Positions 19,012-27,014 of a DNA stretch of 64,000 nt are shown here, in pieces; position 1 is the stretch's first letter, and every line of letters starts with the position of its first letter. The stretch covers positions 3,456,001 to 3,520,000 of the forward strand of contig OZ220733.1 of the NCBI GenBank assembly GCA_965116875.1, written 5' to 3'. The stretch comes from Candidatus Latescibacterota bacterium (lineage in GTDB: Bacteria > Latescibacterota > UBA2968 > GCA-2709665). The position numbers and the translations under genes are program-made. A model generated the notes under the pieces. The model was not told the origin of the DNA, searched no databases, and saw only the letters and a list, made by a program, of their open reading frames with translations.

Positions 19012-19505
19012 AGACCTACCCCCTGGCTCCCTTCCTGAAGGAAGGGAGAAAAGGAAGAAGGAAGAAGGAAAAAGGAAGAAGTAGCGGTAACTTTGACGTC
19101 TGTCACTTCTGCAATCGGACTCTCGCAAGAATCGAATGGAAGCGGATTGCTGAGGAGAGCGGAAAACCGGCGGCGTTTCCTTGTAAATCAGAGTGTCTAT
19201 CAATAACCGGCACGCGAAACCTGTTTTCCTCCCTCTTTCCTTTAGGAGAGAGGGCCGGGGAGAGAGGTCTGCGGGGCTGGGTGGAGGGGTCGCTTTTGAC
19301 TTTGCCTTTCGCTTTTGGCTGACGGCTGAGAGCTGATTGCTTTGTGAGGGGCCGGGGAGAGAGGTCGCCAAAATGCGGTGAGACGGTAGAGGGTAGACGG
19401 GAGAAGAAATCCTTGCCCTGAATTTTACCCTTTCTCGCCTCCGGCACGAGGAGGAACCTCACAAGGCAGGTAATCTCTCCCGTCTTCCGTCTCCCCTCTC
19501 ACCCT
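19012..19505. repeat. Cluster of short repeat elements (heptamer arrays and CCCTCT/AGAGGG hairpin elements)
   Basis: (GAAGGAA)n ~19048-19081; GGGCCGGGGAGAGAGGTC twice (~19252, ~19349); GGCTGAC/GGCTGAG/AGCTGAT units; purine tract 19380-19409 complementary to pyrimidine tract 19474-19505. Confidence 0.65.
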
Positions 19506-19538
19506 GTGTTCGCGGGGCCGGATGGATGTGCGGCCTGT

Positions 19539-21104
19539 CTACGGAGATACGCCTCTCTTGTCAGTTGGCCCGAGCAGGGCCTGGAGGCGGTTGCGCGTGA
19601 GGGAAATGAAGTTGCAGAGAAAGGGGCGGGTCTCGCGCGGATCGATGATTTCCTCGACCGCAAAGGCTTCCGCGGAGCGAAACGGGGACGCGAACTGTCG
19701 AAGTTCCTCTTCGAGTTCCTTCTCGCGGGCGGCCGGGTCCTCGGAGTTGGCGATATCCCGCCGGTAGGCGGCGGCAACCCCGCCCTCTATGGGCAGCGAG
19801 CCCCACTCACCGGAAGGCCAGGCGATCTTGAAGTCCAGTTCGTCCATGTCGCCGGCGGCCATTCCGGCCATGCCGTAGCATTTCCGGATCACCAGGGTGA
19901 GGATGGGTACCTGGACGCGGTGAATCGCGAACACCGCCTTCATCCCTTCCCGAAGGGTGGCCTCCTGCTCGGCGGCGGTGCCGATCATGAATCCGGGGAT
20001 GTCCACGAAGAAGACCAGCGGAATGTGGAAGCAGTCGCACAGTTCGATGAAGTGGGTCTGCTTTTTCGCTTCGGCGGCGCCCATCGCCCCGCCCGATACC
20101 ATCGGGTTGTTGGCGACGATCCCCACCGGATGGCCGTTGAGCCGCGCGAGGCAGGTGACGAGCGCGCGTCCGAACGACGGCTGAATTTCAAAGATGGAGC
20201 CCTTGTCCACCACCAGTTCGATCAGCCGGTGCATCGAATAGGGGGACGTGCGCTCACGAGGGACGATGGACAGCAGTTCCTCCTCACGCCGGTCCGCCGG
20301 GTCGTCGCTGGACTCGGCAGGGGGCAGCTCCCAGACGTTCTGGGGCATGTAGGAGAGAAAACGTCGTATCATGTAAAAGCACTCGCGTTCGGTTTCCACC
20401 GCGTTGTCGACGGTACCGGCCATGTCGACTGCGATCCCCGACCCGCCAAGGTCGTCCTTTGAGACCTCCACGCCGAGCGCCCGCTTCACGAGAGGCGGCC
20501 CGCCCGAGAAGATCTGGCTTGTGCGCCGTACCATCACGGACCAGTGCGAGAGGATGGCCCGTCCGGCTGGTCCGCCGGCCGCGCTGCCGAGTACGGCGGA
20601 CACGACGGGGACTTCGCCCAGGAGTTGGACGGAGCGGCCGAAACTGCTGACGCCGGGGAAGACGGTATACCCCCGTTTTACGGCGCCGCGGACCGAACCG
20701 CCGGCTCCGTCTGCGAGGTTGATGAGCGGGATGAGATACTTGGACGCGAGGTCTTCGATGAAACCGCCCTGTCCGCCCTTTCGCCGGTGCGTTCCGGGGC
20801 TGCTGCCGCCCCGGACCGTGAAATCTTCTCCGCCGATGGCCACGGGTCTTCCGTTTATGCGGGCAACCCCCATGACGTAGGGGGCCGGCTGTACGTTGAC
20901 GACGTTACCGGCCTCGTCGTATTCGCCCGTACCGCTGAGGCTCCCAACCTCCGTGAACGAGCCGCCGTCCACCAGGGCATCGATGCGTTCGCGAACGGTG
21001 AGCTTTCCCTGTCCGTGGTGGCGTTCGACGTTCTCGGCCCCGCCCATCTTTCTGGACCATGACCTGCGTGCGTCGAGTTCCTCGCTCTCTTTCTGCCAGC
21101 TCAT
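19539..21104 (-). CDS. Acyl-CoA carboxylase carboxyltransferase (beta) subunit
   Basis: GKLTVRERIDALVD, EDFTVRGGS, VDIPGFMIG, IRKCYGMAG, EEIIDPRETR. Confidence 0.9.
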   Translation of the reverse strand: MSWQKESEELDARRSWSRKMGGAENVERHHGQGKLTVRERIDALVDGGSFTEVGSLSGTGEYDEAGNVVNVQPAPYVMGVARINGRPVAIGGEDFTVRGGSSPGTHRRKGGQGGFIEDLASKYLIPLINLADGAGGSVRGAVKRGYTVFPGVSSFGRSVQLLGEVPVVSAVLGSAAGGPAGRAILSHWSVMVRRTSQIFSGGPPLVKRALGVEVSKDDLGGSGIAVDMAGTVDNAVETERECFYMIRRFLSYMPQNVWELPPAESSDDPADRREEELLSIVPRERTSPYSMHRLIELVVDKGSIFEIQPSFGRALVTCLARLNGHPVGIVANNPMVSGGAMGAAEAKKQTHFIELCDCFHIPLVFFVDIPGFMIGTAAEQEATLREGMKAVFAIHRVQVPILTLVIRKCYGMAGMAAGDMDELDFKIAWPSGEWGSLPIEGGVAAAYRRDIANSEDPAAREKELEEELRQFASPFRSAEAFAVEEIIDPRETRPFLCNFISLTRNRLQALLGPTDKRGVSP

Positions 21105-21220
21105 CCGCACCTCCTGTACGACGGTTCGTGCGCCAACCGTTGCCTCCGTTTCCGGGTGATCCGGCGCTCCTGCAGCCGCGCAATTGCCGCCGGTGAATCC
21201 GGAACGGCATTCTCAGATTG

Positions 21221-22432
21221 TCAGCCCTGGTAGACGGTCTCCTGGCCGACCAGTGCGTCAATTTCGTGTGCGTCAAGTCCTGCCACCCGTTCGAGTACGT
21301 CCCGGGTGTCCACACCCACGTCCCGCCCGGCCCAGCGCACGGCGCCCGGCGTTTCCGAGAGTACGGGAACGACGCCCGGCAGCGTGACCGATCCCAGGAC
21401 GTCATCCGGCGTTTTCAACAGCATATCACGCGCTTCGTAGTGTTTATCGGCGAAGATATCCCGCAGCGTAAATATCCGGGCGGCGGGAACGGCGCTCGCG
21501 TCCAGCTTGTTCTCCAGTTCCAATAGCGGATGCCCGGACGTCCAGTCGGCGACGATTTCGTCGATGTCATCCTCGTGACGTGAACGCGCCGTGGGCGTCC
21601 GGAAGCGTTCGTCTTCGGCCAGGTGCGGGGCGCCCATACAGGCCGCAAGACGTTCGAATGTCGCGTTGTTGCCGGCCGTGATGTGGATGAAGTCGCCGTC
21701 CGCCGTGGGATAGAGATTGTTGGGCGTGCTGTTCGGCAGCCGGGACCCGGTGCGCGTGGGCACCGAACCGAGTTCGGCGAATGCCGGAACATGGGGTTCC
21801 ATGAAGCTGAACGCCCCCTCGTACAGCGCCGCGTCGACAACCTGGCCCCTGCCGGTCCGGGTCCGGGAGAAGAGCGCCATGACGGCGCCGAAAGCGGCGT
21901 ACAGCCCGGTGATGCAGTCCGTGAGGGAGATGCTCACACGGCTTGGCGGGCGGTCCGGTTCACCGGTAATCTCCCTCAGGCCGCCCACGGCCTCGCTGGT
22001 AACGCCGTATCCGGGTCGATGCCGGTAGGGTCCCGTCTGTCCGTATCCGCTGATGCGCACGAGGATGATGCCCGGGTTGGCGTCGGAAAGGGCGTCGAAA
22101 CCCAGGTTCCATTCTTCCAGCTTTCCCGGACGGAAGTTCTCGACAACCACGTCGGAGGCGTTCGCCAGCCGCCGGATGACATCCTGCCCGTCGGGTGTTC
22201 TCAGGTCCACCGAGATGAGTTGCTTGTTGCGCAGAATGCTGGCCGCGTAGAGCGAGCGTCCCCGGCTGCGTTTGCCCATCTGGCGTACGGGGTCACCCGT
22301 CGGCGGCTCCACTTTGATGACTTCCGCGCCGAAATCCGCGAGGAGGCGACCGCAGAACGGGCCGGAAACGGTGCTTCCCATTTCCAGTACGCGACATCCG
22401 GAGAGAGGTCCGGCGCTGTGGGACGGTGTCAT
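21221..22432 (-). CDS. CoA transferase family III (CaiB/BaiF)
   Basis: GPLSGCRVLE, LADFGAEVIKVEPPTGD, DVVVENFRPG, ISGYGQTGPY; ATG at 22432 abuts lactonase stop. Confidence 0.9.
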   Translation of the reverse strand: MTPSHSAGPLSGCRVLEMGSTVSGPFCGRLLADFGAEVIKVEPPTGDPVRQMGKRSRGRSLYAASILRNKQLISVDLRTPDGQDVIRRLANASDVVVENFRPGKLEEWNLGFDALSDANPGIILVRISGYGQTGPYRHRPGYGVTSEAVGGLREITGEPDRPPSRVSISLTDCITGLYAAFGAVMALFSRTRTGRGQVVDAALYEGAFSFMEPHVPAFAELGSVPTRTGSRLPNSTPNNLYPTADGDFIHITAGNNATFERLAACMGAPHLAEDERFRTPTARSRHEDDIDEIVADWTSGHPLLELENKLDASAVPAARIFTLRDIFADKHYEARDMLLKTPDDVLGSVTLPGVVPVLSETPGAVRWAGRDVGVDTRDVLERVAGLDAHEIDALVGQETVYQG

Positions 22433-22433
22433 T

Positions 22434-23534
22434 TCAGGAGACGGACGGGGATGGGATGACAACACAGACGGCGCCGGGTACTTCCACGGGACTGCCAACG
22501 GGCTCGAGGGCGCCGGTGTCCGGATCGATCCGAAAACAGGAGACCAGGTTGCCGCGCTGGTTGGCGGCGAGGAGAAATTCTCCCGCGGGGTCGAATTCCA
22601 GGTTCCAGGGCCACGCTCCGCGCGACGGCTCGTGGGAAAGCAGCGTGAGTTCACCCGTTTCTTCGCCGATTGACATGATGACGATGCTGTCGTGTCCCCG
22701 GTTGGAACCGTACAGAAAACGGCCGGATGGATGGACCCGGATGTCGGCGCAGAAATTTTCCCCGCTGTAGCCGCCCGGCAGGGCGGAGAGCGTCTGGCGT
22801 TCAGAGAGGGATCCGGATTCGGCATCGTAGTCGAATACGGCGATGGTGCTGTCGAGTTCGTTGATCACGTAGGCGCGGGTGCCGTCGGGATGGAAGGAGA
22901 CGTGTCTGGGTCCGGCGCCGGCGCGGGTGGAAACGAACCCCTGCCCGGTCGGCTCGATGGTCGCCGAGGATGCATCCAGTTCATAGCACATGACTTTGTC
23001 GATACCCAGGTCCGCGGAAAACGCGAAACGATGGTCCGGCGAGAGGACGATGGAGTGAACGTGCGGCGCCTCCTGACGACCTGAGTCGACGCTGGACCCT
23101 TCGTGCCGGACGACCTGGGCAACCGGTTCGACCCGACCTTCGTCATCGATCGGCAATGTGCTGACGCTACCCGATCCGTAGTTTCCCGAGAGCAGGCAAC
23201 GGCCGGTCCGGTCCACGCTGAGATAGCAGGGAAGGTCTCCGCCTGCGTGCTGTTCATCGAGCAACGCAAGGCTGCCGGACTCCGGATCGATGGAGAACGA
23301 CTTGATACAGCCACCCGGCCTGCCGTCGAATTCGTCCACGGCGCATGCCGCGTACAGGAAACGTGCGCGGGCGTCGGCGGCCAAAAAGAAGGGGTTGTGC
23401 ACGTCCGGCACCTTCGACGTGGCTTCGAGATCGCCGGACGACGTATCCAGTTTGAGTATGTGCAGACCCTCGGTCCGATCGTCTGTATACGTGCCGACGT
23501 AGACCGTAACGTGACCGCCGGACTGATCTGACAT
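22434..23534 (-). CDS. Lactonase family 7-bladed propeller (6-phosphogluconolactonase-like)
   Basis: VYVGTYT, GRQEAPHVHS, DLGIDKV, GAGPRH, YGSNRGHDSI; AGGAG RBS. Confidence 0.9.
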   Translation of the reverse strand: MSDQSGGHVTVYVGTYTDDRTEGLHILKLDTSSGDLEATSKVPDVHNPFFLAADARARFLYAACAVDEFDGRPGGCIKSFSIDPESGSLALLDEQHAGGDLPCYLSVDRTGRCLLSGNYGSGSVSTLPIDDEGRVEPVAQVVRHEGSSVDSGRQEAPHVHSIVLSPDHRFAFSADLGIDKVMCYELDASSATIEPTGQGFVSTRAGAGPRHVSFHPDGTRAYVINELDSTIAVFDYDAESGSLSERQTLSALPGGYSGENFCADIRVHPSGRFLYGSNRGHDSIVIMSIGEETGELTLLSHEPSRGAWPWNLEFDPAGEFLLAANQRGNLVSCFRIDPDTGALEPVGSPVEVPGAVCVVIPSPSVS

Positions 23535-23553
23535 GTGCCTGGCTCCTGTCCTG

Positions 23554-23717
23554 AGAAGCTGTTTTAAAATTACCGGTGCGTTCCCGAGCGCGAGCGAAAA
23601 AGTGGCGGTCAAGGCGGGAGAATCCGCCCATATTTGTCTATACGGGCGGGTTTGACCAACGCCGACCGGCGCTTTTGCAGCCGTGCGAAGACCGCTGGGA
23701 ATTTTAAGACAGCTTCT
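23554..23717. mobile_element. 164-bp MITE-like element
   Basis: 18-bp terminal inverted repeats AGAAGCTGTTTTAAAATT / AATTTTAAGACAGCTTCT (one mismatch); internal hairpin around CAAGGCG...AACGCCG. Confidence 0.7.
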
Positions 23718-24017
23718 TAATACGGATGTTGGGGAGAATTCAGACCTGGATCGTCTTCGATACGGATGTTTTGAATCACGGTTTGCTCGCGTTTCTGAAA
23801 TATAGTCGGAAATGGGACGGAATCAAAATTTTTTCACCGTCTCCCGTGCTGCAGATTGAATTCTACCTTCGAACGGCAATCCGTGTTACGCGTGACACGC
23901 GCCGACACCGCACGTCTTGTTTTTCCGCCGCCGGGGAAGTATCATTAGACGACGGCCGTTCCAACCGTAACGCGAAATGGCATTTCGCGCACCTGTACCA
24001 AACCTGCGAGGTTAACC

Positions 24018-24863
24018 ATGGATACCAAACTGGTTCCCACAACCAACGCGGACGGTCTGCCGGTTGTTCCAATGACCGACGCGCAGAAGTACATCTTCGA
24101 TCTGAAAGGCTGGATCTGCCTCCCGGATCTGTTCGACGAGGAGCAACTCGACCGCATCCGGCGGCATCAGATGGATTTTCTCTACCGGCGTGAATCGCTT
24201 CCGCCTGAGGAACGCGACAACCACGGGGGTCCTTCGCAGGTGCTGCTGGATCATCCGGCCGTCGTCGGCGTGCTCAATGAGATCCTCTCGCATCGCCCGC
24301 TGGCGACGGAAGACTGTTACGGTTTCCGATACGACCACACGTACACCAGTCATCGAAAGGCCGGCCACGACAACTTCCGGCCCCACGGCGGCGGCGCCTA
24401 TTTTTCCTTCTGCGGCAATTCGCACATCTATCAGATGCTCCCCGGGAAGGTCCATTCGGGGCTGACCCGCGTGGTATGGGAGCTCAACGAGGTGGGTCCC
24501 GGCGACGGCGGAACGATGTTTCTGACCGGCAGTCACAAGGCGGCCTTTCCGCGGCCCGAGGAAATCAGCAACAGGGAGAGTCCGCTGTGGGAGACCTATA
24601 CCTGTCCCGCGGGGTCGGCGGTGATTTTCACGGAAGCCCTGTGCCACACGGGCACGCGCTGGAACAACGAGACGCGCGACCGGCTCAGCCTCTTTACCTG
24701 TTACAACACGGTCAACGCCAAGTGGGGCAAGGGCTGCCCGGCGCCCGAGGTGATCGGCGCACTGCCGCCAAAACGACAGACGCTCTTCCGCGGGGTCTGG
24801 CACGGGATGAGAGAAGTGCCCGGCATCAACCAGTACGTTGACGAGGCCAACCGGGCGGTGTGA
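24018..24863 (+). CDS. Phytanoyl-CoA dioxygenase (PhyH) family protein
   Basis: MTDAQKYIFDLKGW, LLDHP, GGTMFLTGSHK, AGSAVIFTEALCHTG. Confidence 0.82.
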   Translation: MDTKLVPTTNADGLPVVPMTDAQKYIFDLKGWICLPDLFDEEQLDRIRRHQMDFLYRRESLPPEERDNHGGPSQVLLDHPAVVGVLNEILSHRPLATEDCYGFRYDHTYTSHRKAGHDNFRPHGGGAYFSFCGNSHIYQMLPGKVHSGLTRVVWELNEVGPGDGGTMFLTGSHKAAFPRPEEISNRESPLWETYTCPAGSAVIFTEALCHTGTRWNNETRDRLSLFTCYNTVNAKWGKGCPAPEVIGALPPKRQTLFRGVWHGMREVPGINQYVDEANRAV

Positions 24864-24882
24864 ATAGGAAAGACCAGTTTTC

Positions 24883-24955
24883 GTAGGGGCGACCGGCCGG
24901 TCGCCCTATGTATGCCATTCGCCAACGCACGGGCGACCACAAGGGGCGCCCCTAC
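24883..24955. repeat. Inverted pair of GTAG REP elements
   Basis: GTAGGGGCGACCGGCCGGTCGCCCTA followed by GGGCGACCACAAGGGGCGCCCCTAC. Confidence 0.8.
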
Positions 24956-24971
24956 GATCGGAGGTACCGCA

Positions 24972-25772
24972 ATGAAAGTCGGCATTTACGCCTCGTATTT
25001 CGGCAAGGACGATCCCAAAACGTTCCCGGACGTCGAGTCTTTTATCGATCTCGCGCGTGAACTGCAGCTGGACGTGATCGACTTCCGGGTGGACGTGGGT
25101 TTCGGCTCCCTGGACCGCGACTATCTTCGGGGTCTGAAGATAAGGTGCCTGAAAGCCGGCCTGCCCATCGGCTATCTCGCCTCCGGCGGCCATTTCGTAG
25201 GCACGGACGAGGAGTTGCGACAGAAGGTGGAGCAGGCGAAGGCAGACGTGGAAGTGGCCGCGTACCTCGGAGCGCCGATGATCCGGCTCTTCTGCGGGGC
25301 GCCGGGGGTGGGGGATGCTGAACGCGAGATCCGTTGCTTTCAGGACGTGTGCGATTTTGCGGCCGATGCCGGGATTATCGTGGGCCTTCAGAATCACCCG
25401 AGCACGGGCGATAACGTGCTGCGCATTCTGCGGGAAACCGACCGCGAGAACTTCACCTTCATCCTGGATACCGGCCAGTGGGTGGGGTCGCCGGGGCTGA
25501 ATCGCGGCGTGGGTGATCCGGACGTGGACATCTACCGCTTCATGGAACAGACCGCGCCACATGCGTCCCACGTCCGTGCCAAGATCTACAAGATCGACAG
25601 CGGGCGGGAGGAGTGGCTGGATTACCCGCGCATCGTCGGCATTCTCAAAACGGTCGGCTTCAACGGTGTGGTTTCGATCACGTTCGAGGGGCAGGACGTC
25701 AACGAATGCGACGACCGGGAAACCTTCCGGCTGGCGGCCCGGCACCTGCGTGATACCATCGCCGCGGCATAG
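24972..25772 (+). CDS. Sugar phosphate isomerase/epimerase (xylose-isomerase-like TIM barrel)
   Basis: LGAPMIRLF, GLQNH, LDTG, HVRAK, LDYPRIV...GFNGVVSITFEG; GGAGG RBS. Confidence 0.82.
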   Translation: MKVGIYASYFGKDDPKTFPDVESFIDLARELQLDVIDFRVDVGFGSLDRDYLRGLKIRCLKAGLPIGYLASGGHFVGTDEELRQKVEQAKADVEVAAYLGAPMIRLFCGAPGVGDAEREIRCFQDVCDFAADAGIIVGLQNHPSTGDNVLRILRETDRENFTFILDTGQWVGSPGLNRGVGDPDVDIYRFMEQTAPHASHVRAKIYKIDSGREEWLDYPRIVGILKTVGFNGVVSITFEGQDVNECDDRETFRLAARHLRDTIAAA

Positions 25773-25812
25773 ACCGGACGCGAAAAGGATCGAAGGAGAT
25801 AGCGACAAGCGA

Positions 25813-26541
25813 ATGCGGCGACTGACCGACTTCCGTGTCCTCACGTTCGACTGCTACGGCACCCTGATCGACTGGGAGTGCGGCATCTGGGACGCATTGC
25901 AGCCGCTGATCATGCGCAACCCGGGCTCGCGCTTCACGAGAGACGACGCGCTGCGCGCCTTCGCCCAATGCGAGAGCCGTCAGGAGCAGGCCACGCCCGG
26001 CCTTCGCTATCCGGAACTGCTCACCCGGGTGCATGGGCGCATCGCAGAAATGTCAGGCCTCAAAACCGACGAGGAACTCAACGCTGCGTTCGGCGCGTCG
26101 TTACCGCATTGGCCCGCGTTCCCCGACACCGCCGACGCGCTGCGAATCCTCAAGCAACACTTCAAGCTGGTGATCCTATCCAACGTCCACCGAGACGGCA
26201 TCGCCGCCTCGAACCGCAAGCTGGGCGTCGAGTTCGACGCCATCTACACTGCGGAAGACATCGGTTCCTACAAGCCCGCCGACGCCAACTTCGAGTACCT
26301 GATCTCCCACCTGAAGTCCGACCTGAGCGTGGAACCCCCGGACGTACTGCACACCGCGCAGAGCCTCTACCACGACCATGTCCCGGCACGGAATTTCGGC
26401 CTGGCTACCGCCTGGATCGACCGGCAGCGCCTGACGGAGGGCGGGAGTTGGGGCGCAACCGAGCGGGTGGAATCGATGCCCGAAACGGACTACGTCTTCT
26501 TCTCCTTCGCCGAAATGGCGGACGCGGTGGCGGGCGCCTGA
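25813..26541 (+). CDS. HAD-superfamily hydrolase (haloacid dehalogenase type II-like)
   Basis: FDCYGTLIDWE motif I, ILSN, YTAEDIGSYKP, HTAQSLYHDHVPA. Confidence 0.9.
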   Translation: MRRLTDFRVLTFDCYGTLIDWECGIWDALQPLIMRNPGSRFTRDDALRAFAQCESRQEQATPGLRYPELLTRVHGRIAEMSGLKTDEELNAAFGASLPHWPAFPDTADALRILKQHFKLVILSNVHRDGIAASNRKLGVEFDAIYTAEDIGSYKPADANFEYLISHLKSDLSVEPPDVLHTAQSLYHDHVPARNFGLATAWIDRQRLTEGGSWGATERVESMPETDYVFFSFAEMADAVAGA

Positions 26542-27014
26542 AGCCGGACGGCTATGTTGTCCTGGAGAGCAGGATCGCGGCTTCCACCCTGGAAGGCCGT
26601 GCCCTTAGCGCTCTTTTTCTACCCTTTTGTTCCCATCCCGAATTCAACTATCAGGCGAACGTACGGTTCAGGCCAGGGATAGAGCCTCAGATTGCGGCTA
26701 TATCTTTCGGTAATCGGAAAACTCACGAAAAATTAATAAAAATCATCAGAAAGGCATAGGAATTTCCAAAATATATGATTATTATCACGATACACAGTTC
26801 ATTCGGCGGCAGACTTTTGGCACCGGCGTATTCTCCGATTCCACCTGATGGGTTCCGCGTGGGAGCAATCGACCCACACGGAGCAGGCGTTGCAAGATCA
26901 GCCACCTAGCCGCACCTCGGCCGACAAATCGGATTGGATTCTGTGCGAATTCATAAGAAAGACGAGGATTCGGAAATGCAAGCCACCGGATATCGCCTCA
27001 GCGGAAGGAAAGGC

